NCBI GenBank assembly: GCA_028826165.1
Contig: JAPDFW010000044.1
Span: 186,001 to 250,000, forward strand
Source of the DNA: Anaeramoeba ignava BMAN
Taxonomy: Eukaryota; Protista; Anaeramoebae
Length of the DNA stretch: 64,000 bases
Direction of reading: 5' to 3'
Position 1 is the stretch's first letter, and each line of letters opens with the position of its first letter. This document shows, piece after piece, positions 9,988 through 21,900 of the stretch. A program made the translations under genes and the position numbers. The notes below the pieces were generated by a model. That model was not told where the DNA came from, searched no databases, and saw only the letters and a list, made by a program, of their open reading frames with translations.

Positions 9988-12900
9988 TTAAAGGAAATGA
10001 GTTTCACAATGATATTCTCCACAAGAAGGACAAACCTAAAATTAAATTAATAAATAAAATAATAAAATTAGAATTGAAAAAAAAAAAGAGAATAAAATTA
10101 TGATTAAAAAAATTTTTTTTTACATTAACACCTCTTCCACTATTAGAGCAATTTGTGCAGAAAACATAATGACAATCCTAAAAAAAATAATTTAAAATAA
10201 TTTAGAATAAATTTAGAATAAAATAATTTCCAATTACAAGAAATAATTAAAATATTATTTCAGAATAATTTCCAATTACAAGAAATAATTTAAAATATAA
10301 TTTAAAATAATTTTAAAATATTTATAAAAGAAAATATTATTTAAAATAAATTTTAGAATAAAATAATTTCCAATTACAAGAAATATTATAAAATAATATT
10401 ATTTCAAATAATTTCCAATTATTTAAAATATTAAAATAATTTAAAAAAAGAAATTACAAGAAATATTGAAAATATTTAAAAAGAAATATTAAAAATAATA
10501 ATTTAGAATAAAATAATTTCCAATTACAAGAAATATTAAAAATATTTAAAAAGAAATATTAAAAATAATTTAGAAAGAAATATTTAAAATATTAAAAATA
10601 ATTTAAAAGAAATATTGTAAATATTATTTAAAATATTTTATATATTTACAGGACAGCAACGAATATTAGCTCCACTTGTATGACATCTCTTGCAAGATCC
10701 AAATTTGGAAATAAGATTATTAAGCGTATCCTTTCTTTGTTTTTCTTCTCTTTCCTTTTGAAGTCTTTCTTGTTCAGCTTCCTTATATCTTTGGATATAT
10801 TTTTGAGAAGCATGAAACATAGCACACCAAACAACACAGAAAGGAGGAACATTTCCTGAAGATTGAGTAGCTTCGACTAATTTCTTAACAGTATCAAACT
10901 TCTCCCAATTAAGACGATGAGGATATTCTTCAGTATCAAATTTAAGATGAAGAGGCCAACCGAGTTGATGACCCCAATAGAAATCAGTACCATTAAATTC
11001 ACCCCAACCATGAGCACCAGTCTCACTGACCAAATCAAGAGTGCCTGATCTCTCTGAGCGCTGTAGTTTGAAAGAGAGACCGATATAGGCTCCATCGAGA
11101 CAAGTCAAGGTGCCATCTTTTGTGTATTTCCACTTTCCAGAATCGGGTGTTTGGATCACACCGTCATCAAACGGTTCTTTGAATTTTTTCTCAAGTTCAA
11201 TTGCGAGATTGACTTTGCGCATTCTTTCTTCTTCTGCTTTTCTCTTGCGCTCTTCTTCCTCGCGTCTGCGGCGATCTTCTACTTCTTGTTTAATAGCCAC
11301 GCATTGTTTTTTGATGTCATCCAAATATCCTGTATTTGGATAAACTTTTTCATACTCGGAAATAAACCGATCGCCAGACTCATAACTACCGTCTTTGTAA
11401 TAAAGAACTGCCCATTTCTTTGTTGTCTCTAAGAAATGGTTCTGTGCGGTGATGAAAGAAGCATCGAGTTGTTTTATAATCATGTCAACTTCGGGATGAT
11501 TGTCGGGTCGCATTCGTTTCACTTCTTCCGCTTTTCCTTTTGTATATTCGAACCATGAGATCACTGTTGGCCACATTGACGAGTGGGACATTCCAGAAAG
11601 ACGTGGTCCGCCCCACATAAAAGCATTGCTTCGCATTAAAACATTATCGAAAGAAATGGAGCAATTTTTTGCATCTGAAGATTCGATCGCATTCTCAACT
11701 ACACCTGCGCCTCCTGCCACGCAAGGCCCATAAATAGAAGCAACAGAGAATGCGTAGTTGCATTTTTCAACAGCTTCGTTTTTTTTTTGTGGAAGTATTT
11801 GTCGTAATTTTGCGATGGATTCTTTGACAAGTGCAATGCCAGCATGTTCTGGATCTGCTGATTCAAGTTTCTCAAGCTCTCTCTCTAACCGAGTGATATG
11901 AGACGAAACCTTATCGTAATGATCAACGAACTGATCAGCGAGATTGCGATGCATTTGGGTTTCTCCGGTTGTAGACACTTCCTCGATCGAGTTTTTTGCC
12001 TCGTCCATGAGACTGTTTATTTGCTTGCTTGTCTCGTTGATTCCTTTAAGTGCGGTTTGCACTTGTTGTGGAAGTTTCCAATGAACCTCGAAAATGGGCG
12101 CATATTCTTCTACTGGTTCAGGAACTCGTCCAATCATCTTGAGACATATGGTGTCGAATTTCACTAATGTATCACGGACATTTTGGATATGAATGTAGTT
12201 TTGACGTAAAGGAAGTGATTTTGTGATGAAAGGTGTAAGATCTCGAGGCACTTTGAAAGCTCCGGTTTGGTTTAAAGCTTCTGTAATTGGATCCAAATAC
12301 TTGTGGAGATCTTTTTCTTGATAAGAACTCAATTTAACTTGTATTTGGTTGTTAGAGCTGTCAATTTCAGATGTCAATTTCATAACGGCATTGACAGTTG
12401 GATATTCCACTCTCAAAGGATGAACTAATTTCTGGATTTTAAGTACATATGCACATGCAGCGCTATTGTCATTTTGTGCAAATGCTTGTTTTAAGAGATT
12501 TGACAGTGGCATGATTTTACCCGAAATTTCCTTCGCCTTTTCATTTGCAATCACCTCACCAAGATCTGTTTCACAACGATGAAGAGCAGTATCGGCCTTG
12601 GTTAAAAGTGGTTGGGCGAGATTGTGTGAACCGTATTTCTCGCGCAACGGAGCAATGACTGTTAGCAAAGCCTCTCTTTTGCGAACAATTGCATTCACGT
12701 CACTTTTGTTCATTGCGTCTTCAAAGAATCTAATAGCACTTTCAACACGAGTTTTCTGTTCGTTGATCTCCATTTCTGCAATCAATTCTCCCATTGAGTC
12801 TTCAACTTGCTTGATCAACGCTTGACTTTTGGTAATCCACTCTTCTGCGTCTTTGTGTTGAGAAAATTCCTGGAGAGGATTAAGTTTTTCCTCAAGTTGT

Positions 12901-15150
12901 TTTTGATAAATTTGAACTTTTGCCACTGATTTTTGTTTAAAAGCGCTTTCGAGCCAAGAAAATGTTGATTTCACACCAGGAAGAAGACGGTTCACTTCCT
13001 TTTCTGTGATTAATTCGCCAAGTTCGGTTTCCAATCTCTGTAAAAGAGCATCTACTTTTGAAAGAGTATTTTTGACATCACTTTCTTCTTCATATCGTCT
13101 CAACGGATTTGCAGCTTGAACCAATTGCTCGCGGTATTTGACAACATTATCCACATTCTTCTGTTTGATTGCAGATTCGAGCCAGCTCATGATGCCGTTT
13201 ATTGGTTGCGAATATTGTTTTATCTCTAACTGTTTGATGATTACTCCCAATTGTTTTTCCACTTCCTCTAAAAGCTTATCAGTCTCATCAAGGAATTTCT
13301 TTGCTTTCTCGTGATCGGCATGAGCTTCTCTCAGAGGAATCACCGCCTCCTCAAGTTGCTTTCTGTATTCGCTTGCCTTCTGTGCTTCACTTCTTGAAAG
13401 TGTACTTTGCAGCCATGATTTGATCGAAGTGCATTTTTGTATGATTTTATCCACTTCTTGATCTTCAATAATTACTCCCAATTCAGCCTCCACTTTTTCA
13501 AGAATAGGATCGACTTCTTTCTCAATGAATTCCTGCGCCATTTTGTTTTCTCCGAACTGACTTCTTAACGGAATAGCAGCTTCTTCTAATTTTTGTCTGT
13601 AATTACTGGCTTTTTCTGCTTCTTTCCGTTGAAGTGCGCTGTTCAACCAAGAGAGTTGTGATTTGCATCCATGAATCACTTTTTCAACCTCTTTGTCTTC
13701 GATCCATTTTGGGGCTTCTTCGTGAATTTTGTCAAGTATATCTTGAGTATCCTTAATAAATCCTGCAAGTGATTGTTCATCTCCATATTTTTGCATAAAT
13801 TGTTCCCAATCGCTTTGGAAATCTGCTGCTTTTTTCAATGAGTTTTCTGCCTCTTTTTTTGTGTAGCAATTCTTGATCCAATAGAATGTGTTTTCGATCT
13901 TTTTCTTGTCTGTTTCTAATTCTTTTTGTTTTACTTGTGATTCTGCATCTCCTTCAATTGTTTTCTCAAATTCGTGAAATTCATCAAGAAATTTCTTCAC
14001 ATCTGGTATTGCTTCAAATTTCGGTTCGGAAAGAAGTGGTTGTGCTTTTTCTTTGCATTCTGTCCAATATTTTAGTGCTTTTTCTGGTTCTTTTCTTTTG
14101 AGTGCTGATTGAGACCAACCAAGTGCACCGTTTGCTTGTCTTAAAATTTCTTTTGCTGTTTTTTCCTTTTTTTTTAAAATTTTGATTTAAATTTTGATTT
14201 AAATTTTGAAATAAATTTTAAATTGAATTTTGATTTTGAATTTAAAATGAATTTTGAAATGAATTTTAATTTGAATTTGATTTTAAATTGAATTTTAATT
14301 TTAATTTTGATTTGAATTTAAAATGAATTTTAATTTTGAATTGAATATTAATATTAATTTTAAAATGAATTTTAATTTTAAAATGAATTTTAATTTTAAA
14401 ATGAATTTTAATTTTAATTTTGATTTTAAAATGAATTTTGATTTTGAATTTTAAAATAAATTTTGATTTTAATTTTGAATTTAAAATGAATTTTTATTTT
14501 GATTTTAATTTTAAATTGATTTTGATTTTAATATTAATTTTGATTTTGATTTTGATTTTGATTTTGAATTTAATTTTGAATTTAATTTTAAAATGAATTT
14601 TAAATTGAATTTTAATTTTGATTTTAATTTTGATTTTGAATTTAAAATGAATATTGATTTTAATTTTGATTTTGATTTTAAATTTAATTTTAATATTGAT
14701 TTTGATTTTGATTTTGATTTTAAAATGAATTTTGAAATTGATTTTAAATTGAATTTTGATTTTAAATTTAATTTTAATATTGATTTTGATTTTGATTTTG
14801 ATTTTAAAATGAATTTTGAAATTGATTTTAAATTGAATTTTGATTTTAATTTGATTTTAAATTGAATTTTGATTTTAAATTAAATATTCACCATTTCAAA
14901 AAAAAATCATCCATTCTTTTCCAAACTTTTTCTTGACTTAAATTTCTGACCTTTTTCATTCTTTTCAAAAACATCACCATTCTTTTCCAAATATTCCTTA
15001 CTTTCCTTAACATATCTTTGAACTGAAGCAAGATTCTTTCTTTTAACACCTGATTCCATCCATCCTAATTTTGATTCTAATTCTTTTTGATTTTTCTTTT
15101 GATTTTTGTTTTTTTGATTTTTGTTTTGATTTTAATTTAAATTTTTCCAT
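9988..15150 (-). CDS. Uncharacterised ~1290-aa protein: about 9 N-terminal ~76-aa helical repeats and a C-terminal 4x CxxC Zn-finger. Exons ~15150-14892, 14165-10650, 10177-10124, 10035-9988
   Basis: The 1120-aa ORF extends in frame to an acceptor at 14166. GT-AG introns at 14891-14166, 10649-10178 and 10123-10036 give the C-terminus SCKRCHTSGANIRCCPDCHYVFCTNCSNSGRGVNVCPSCGEYHCETHFL*. Exon 1 has apparent indel errors, so the start is uncertain. Confidence 0.75.
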
Positions 15151-15689
15151 TTTCTTTTTATAATTTAATTTTTGAAATGAAATTTTGATTTTTTTAATTT
15201 TTGATTTTGATTAAATAATTGTTAATTTTTAATATCTTTTCTTTTTTTTTTAACCAACTAATTTTTAAATTAAAAATTGTTTTAAATTTTTTTTTTTGAT
15301 TTTTATTTTATAATTTACCTTTTTTAATTTGAATTTTTCTTTTTTGAATTGAAATTGGATTTTATTCTTTTTCTTTTATTTAAATTTGATTAAAAATTAA
15401 AAATTTAAAATTTTTTTAAATTTTATTTTAATTAAAAATTTGACAGGTTTTCTTTTAATAACTTTTATTCTTATTCTTTTTATTCTTTTTATTCTTTTTA
15501 AATTTTGAAAAATTTTTTTTGATTCTTTTTTATTCATTTTTAAATTTTAAAAATAAATTTAATAAATTTAGAAATTTTGATTTTTTAATAAATTTTTAAA
15601 ATGAATTTTTGATTTTTTTTAAAATGAATTTTGATTTTAATTTAATATTTTAATTTTTAAAATTTTTAAAATTAATTTAATTTAATTTT

Positions 15690-18600
15690 ATAAAATTAAA
15701 TATTATTAATTAAAATAATTAAAATTAATAATATTTTATTTAATTAAAATTAATTTTTATTTAAATTTAAACTTAAAAATAATTTAATTTAGAAATAATC
15801 CAAAATATAAAATTATAATAAATTTTAAATAAAATTAAATTAAAATAATTCTTTTCCAAATAATATTTTATTTATTAAATATTTTAATTAATTTTATATT
15901 TAAAAAATTAAATCATTTTTAAATAATAATTTAATTTAGAAATAATCCAAAATATAAAATATAATAAATTTATAAATAAATATTAAATTAAAATAATTAA
16001 AATTAATAATATTTTAGTATTTATTAAATATTTTAATTAATTTTATATTTAAAATTAAATCATTTTTAAATAATAATTTAATTTGAAATAATTCAAAATA
16101 TAAAAATAATTATAAATTTTAAATTAAAAATTTAAAATAAAAATAAATTTTTCATCCATAAAATTTTTAAAATTTTAATATTTTGGATTTATTAAAAATT
16201 TAAAATTTTTGTTAATTCATAAATATTTTAATAATTTTTATTTTAATTAAATAAATAATAATTTAATTTTTCCAAAATATTTATAATAAATAAATAAAAT
16301 TATTAATATAAATAATTAAAATAAATAATATTTTATTTATTAAATATTTTAATTAATTTTATTTAAATTAAATCATTTTTAAATAATAATTTAATTTAGA
16401 AATAATCCAAAATTTTTGCTTTTTAAATTTTGTTATAAAATAATTTAAATTAATGATTTTATTTATTATTAAATTTTTAATTAATTTTTATAATTAAATC
16501 ATATTTAAATAATAATTTAATTTAGAAATAATCCGCAAGAAATATAAAATATAATAAATTTATTTTAAAATTGAATAAAAAAATAAAAAAAATATTTTAT
16601 TTATTAAATAAAATTTTTATTTTTTAAATACTTTTTATTTAATTTTTAATTTAAAATTCCAAGGTTTAAATTTTAAATAAAAATTAAAATAATTAAAATT
16701 AATAATATTTTAATTTATTAAATATTTTTAATTATTTTTAAAATTAAATTCATTTTTAAATAATAATTTAATTTAGAAATAATCCAAAATATAAAATAAA
16801 AAAAATTAAATAAATATTTTTAAAATCATTAAAATTAATAATATTTTATTTATTAAATATTTTAATTAATTTTTAATAATAATTTAATTTAGAAATAATC
16901 CAAAATATAAAATATAAAAATTTAAATTTATAAATAAATATTAAATTAAAATAATTAAATTTTTAATAATATTTTTTATTTATTAAATATTTTAATTAAT
17001 TTTATATTTAAAATTAAATCATTTTTAAATAATAATTTAATTTAGAAATAATCCAAAATATAAAAATATAATAAATTTATAAATAAATATTAAATAAATT
17101 AAAAATAATTAAAAAATAAAAATAATATTTTATTTATTAAATATTTTAATTAATTTTATATTTAAAATTAAATCATTTTTAAATAATAATTTAATTTAGA
17201 ATTAATTCAAAAATATAAAAAAAAATAAATTTATAAAAAATAAATATTAGGGCGGAATTAAAAAATAATTAAAAATAATAATTTTATTTTATTAAATATT
17301 TTAATTAATTTTTATTTTAAAATTAAATCATTTTTAAATAATAATTTAATTTAGAAATAATCCAAAATATAAAATATAATAAATTTATAAATAAATATTT
17401 TAATTAAAATAATTAAAATTAATAATATTTTATTTATTAAATATTTTAATTAATTTTTTATTTAAAATTAAATCATTTTTAAATAATAATTTAATTTAGA
17501 AATAATCCAAAATAAAAAAATATAATAAATTTATAAATAAATATTAAATTAAAATAATTAAAATTAATAATATTTTATTTATTAAATATTTTAATTAATT
17601 TTTTATTTAAAATTAAATCATTTTTAAATAATAATTTAATTTAGAAATAATCCAAAATATAAAATATAATAAATTTATAAATAAATATTAAATTAAAATA
17701 ATTAAAATAAATAATATTTTATTTATTAAATATTTTAATTAATTTTATATTTAAAAATTAAATCATTTTTAATTTAATAATTTAATTTAGAAATAATAGA
17801 AATAATCCAAAATATAAAATATAATAAATTTATAAATAAATATTAAATTAAAATAATTAAAATTAATAATATTTTATTTATTAAATATTTTAATTAATTT
17901 TTATTTAAAATTAAATCATTTTTAAATAATAATTTAATTTAGAAATAATTCAAAATATAAAATAAAATAAATTTATAAATAAATATTAAATTAAAATAAT
18001 TAAAATTAATAATATTTTATTTATTAAATATTTTAATTAATTTTATATTTAAAATTAAATCATTTTTAAATAATAATTTAATTTAGAAATAATCCAAAAT
18101 ATAAAATAAAATAAATTTATAAATAAATATTAAATTAAAATAATTAAAATTAATAATATTTTATTTATTAAATATTTTAATTAATTTTATATTTAAAATT
18201 AAATCATTTTTAAATAATAATTTAATTTAGAAATAATCCAAAAATATAAAATAAAATAAATTTATAAATAAATATTAAATTAAAATAATTAAAATTAATA
18301 ATATTTTATTTATTAAATATTTTAATTAATTTTATATTTAAAATTAAATCATTTTTAAATAATAATTTAATTTAGAAATAATCCAAAATATAAAAATATA
18401 ATAAATTTATAAATAAATATTAAATTAAAATAATTAAAATTAATAATATTTTATTTATTAAATATTTTAATTAATTTTATATTTAAAAATTAAATCATTT
18501 TTAAATAATAATTTAATTTAGAAATAATCCAAAATATAAAATAAAATAAATTTATAAATAAATATTAAATTAAAATAATTAAAATTAATAATATTTTATT

Positions 18601-21062
18601 TATTAAATATTTTAATTAATTTTATATTTAAAATTAAATCATTTTTAAATAATAATTTAATTTAGAAATAATCCAAAATATAAAAATAAAAATAAATTTA
18701 TAAATAAATATTAATATAAAATAATTAAAATTAATAATATTTTATTTATTAAATATTTTAATTAATTTTATTTAAAATTAAATCATTTTTAAATAATAAT
18801 TTAATTTAGAAATAATCCAAAATATAAAATATAATAAATTTATAAATAAATAATAAATTAAAATAATTAAAATTAATAATATTTTATTTATTAAATATTT
18901 TAATTAATTTTATATTTAAAATTAAATCATTTTTAAATAATAATTTAATTTAGAAATAATCCAAAATATAAAATAAAATAAATTTATAAATAAATATTAA
19001 ATTAAAATAATTAAAATTAATAATATTTTATTTATTAAATATTTTTAATTAATTTTATATTTATAATTAAATCATTTTTAAATAATAATTTAATTTAGAA
19101 ATAATCCAAAATATAAAATAAAATAAATTTATAAATAAATAATAAATTAAAATAATTAAAATTAAATAATATTTTATTTATTAAATATTTTAATTAATTT
19201 TATATTTAAAATTAAATCATTTTTAAATAATAATTTAATTTAGAAATAATCCAAAATATAAAATATAATAAATTTATAAATAAATATTAAATTAAAATAA
19301 TTAAAATTAATAATATTTTATTTATTAAATATTTTAATTAATTTTATATTTAAAATTAAATCATTTTTAAATAATAATTTAATTTAGAAATAATCCAAAA
19401 TATAAAATATAATAAATTTATAAATAAAAAATTAAATATAAAATTAATTTAAAAATAATTTTTTTTTTATTTAAATATTTTAATTAATTTTTATATTTAA
19501 AATAATTAAATCATTTTTAAATAATAATTTAATTTAGAAATAATCCAAAATATAAAATAAAATAAATTTATAAATAAATAATAAATTAAAAATAATTAAA
19601 ATTAATAATATTTTATTTATTAAATATTTTAATTAATTTTATATTTAAAATTAAATCATTTTTAAATAATAATTTAATTTAGAAATAATCCAAAATATAA
19701 AATAAAATAAATTTATAAATAAATAATAAATTAAAATAATTAAAATTAATAATATTTTATTTATTAAATATTTTAATTAATTTTATATTTAAAATTAAAT
19801 CATTTTTAAATAATAATTTAATTTAGAAATAATCCAAAATATAAAATATAATAAATTTATAAATAAATAATAAATTAAAATAATTAAAATTAATAATATT
19901 TTATTTATTAAATATTTTAATTAATTTTATATTTAAAATTAAATCATTTTTAAATAATAATTTAATTTAAAAATAATGGAATAAAAAATATAAAAATAAA
20001 ATAAATTTATAAATAAATATTAAATTAAAATAATTAAAATTAATAATATTTTATTTATTAAATATTTTAATTAATTTTATATTTAAAATTAAATCATTTT
20101 TAAATAATAATTTAATTTAGAAATAATCCAAAATATAAAATAAAATAAATTTATAAATAAATATTAATATAAAATAATTAAAATTAATAATATTTTTTAT
20201 TTATTAAATATTTTAATTAATTTTATATTTAAAATTAAATCATTTTTAAATAATAATTTAATTTAGAAATAATCCAAAATATAATAAATTTATAAATAAA
20301 TTTAAAATTAAATTAAAATAATTCAAAATAAAAAAATAAAATTTTATTTTATTAAAAATAAAATTTTAATTAAATTTTTTTATTTTTTAAATTAAATCAT
20401 TTTTAAATAATAATTTAATTTAGAAATAATCCAAAATATAAAATATAATAAATTTATAAATAAATATTAAATTAAAATAATTAAAATTAATAATATTTTA
20501 TTTATTAAATATTTTAATTAATTTTATATTTATAATTAAATCATTTTTAAATAATAATTTAATTTAGAAATAATCCAAAATATAAAATATAATAAATTTA
20601 TAAATAAATATTAAATTAAAATAATTAAAATTAATAATATTTTATTTATTAAATATTTTAATTAATTTTATATTTAAAATTAAATCATTTTTAAATAATA
20701 ATTTAATTTAGAAATAATCCAAAATATAAAATAAAATAAATTTATAAATAAATATTAAATTAAAATAATTAAAAATTAATAATATTTTATTTATTAAATA
20801 TTTTTAATTAATTTTTATTTAAAATTAAATCATTTTTAAATAATAATTTAATTTAGAAATAATCCAAAATATAAAAATATAATAAATTTATAAATAAATA
20901 TTAAATTAAAATAATTAAAATTAATAATATTTTATTTATTAAATATTTTAATTAATTTTATATTTATAATTAAATCATTTTTAATTAATAATTTAATTTA
21001 GAAATAATCCAAAATATAAAATATAATAAATTTATAAATAAATAATAAATTAAAATAATTAA
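15690..21062. repeat. Intergenic tandem satellite, ~145-bp unit, roughly 37 copies, almost entirely A/T
   Basis: Marker aatcc at 18091, 18235, 18380, 18526, 18670 and at 19542, 19687, 19831 (spacing 144-146). Confidence 0.95.
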
Positions 21063-21142
21063 AAATTTGTTTAATTTGAGAAAATTGTGCTTTTAATTAA
21101 AAAATTAAAAAGAATAAAAAAGAAAAAAAGAAAAAAAGAAAA

Positions 21143-21703
21143 TCATCTCATTTTAAAGAAAATTAAACAATTAGTAATAGCCATAGCAAAAATAACAAAA
21201 CCGATAACGAAGATAGCAATAGCCTGAGAATCCTGAAGAAGAAAAGCAGGAGAACGATTAGTAAATTGGAAGGGACCAATATAACCAACAGAACCAGAAA
21301 TAGATTTAGGATAACAAATTGAACCAGGATGTTTCTGAACAGTTCCATGATTTTGACGTGTTGTTCCACAAATTTCGCACTTAAAATCAATGCATTCACC
21401 TTCCCAAAATTTTCCGTTAGCAGAATCACAAACACCACAAACAACACCAGTTTCATTGCATAAATTTGTGTTGCAAAAATTCCCTAATGCATCATCATCT
21501 TCATATTTTCTACATTTTTTGCTTGCTGTGTTGCAGTATGAATCAATATCGCAATGTGAATCGTTAGTACATCGAACGCATGTGTTACTTTCACAGTAAG
21601 GTTCGTTATCACTGTTACAATCTCCGTTATTTGTACAATATTTTTCATTTGATTTTTTGAGAATGATTAAAAAAATTATTGAAAAAATTATATATTTTTT
21701 CAT
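21143..21703 (-). CDS. Small Cys-rich type I membrane / surface protein
   Basis: N-terminal signal peptide, CxxxxDC-type repeats (CTNNGDC, CTNDSHC) and a C-terminal hydrophobic TM segment. Confidence 0.8.
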   Translation of the reverse strand: MKKYIIFSIIFLIILKKSNEKYCTNNGDCNSDNEPYCESNTCVRCTNDSHCDIDSYCNTASKKCRKYEDDDALGNFCNTNLCNETGVVCGVCDSANGKFWEGECIDFKCEICGTTRQNHGTVQKHPGSICYPKSISGSVGYIGPFQFTNRSPAFLLQDSQAIAIFVIGFVIFAMAITNCLIFFKMR

Positions 21704-21900
21704 TTTCGTTTTTTTCTTTAATTTTAATTTTGATTTTATTTTTAATTTTATTTTTAATTTTTAATTTTTAATTTTTGATTTTAAATTTTTGATATTTTTA
21801 AATTTTAATTTTAAAAGAGAAAAAAAATGAAAAAAGAAAAAATGAAAAAAAAAATAATTTTAATTTTTCATTTTTTTTCTTCTTTTTTTTTAAAACAAAA

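Noticed and set aside
10650-14165. Horizontal transfer inferred from higher GC in this exon
   Set aside because: The long exons of UBA1 and TTRAY2 show similarly raised GC in their interiors, so it looks like a general property of long exons.
16530-17260. Isolated GC-rich words (ccgcaag ~16533, gggcgg ~17250) inside the satellite as regulatory boxes
   Set aside because: Single occurrences in the noisiest part of the array; likely base-calling noise.
15690-21062. CRISPR-like array or transposon
   Set aside because: Units are contiguous with no unique spacers, there are no cas, transposase or RT ORFs and no terminal repeats, and the context is eukaryotic.
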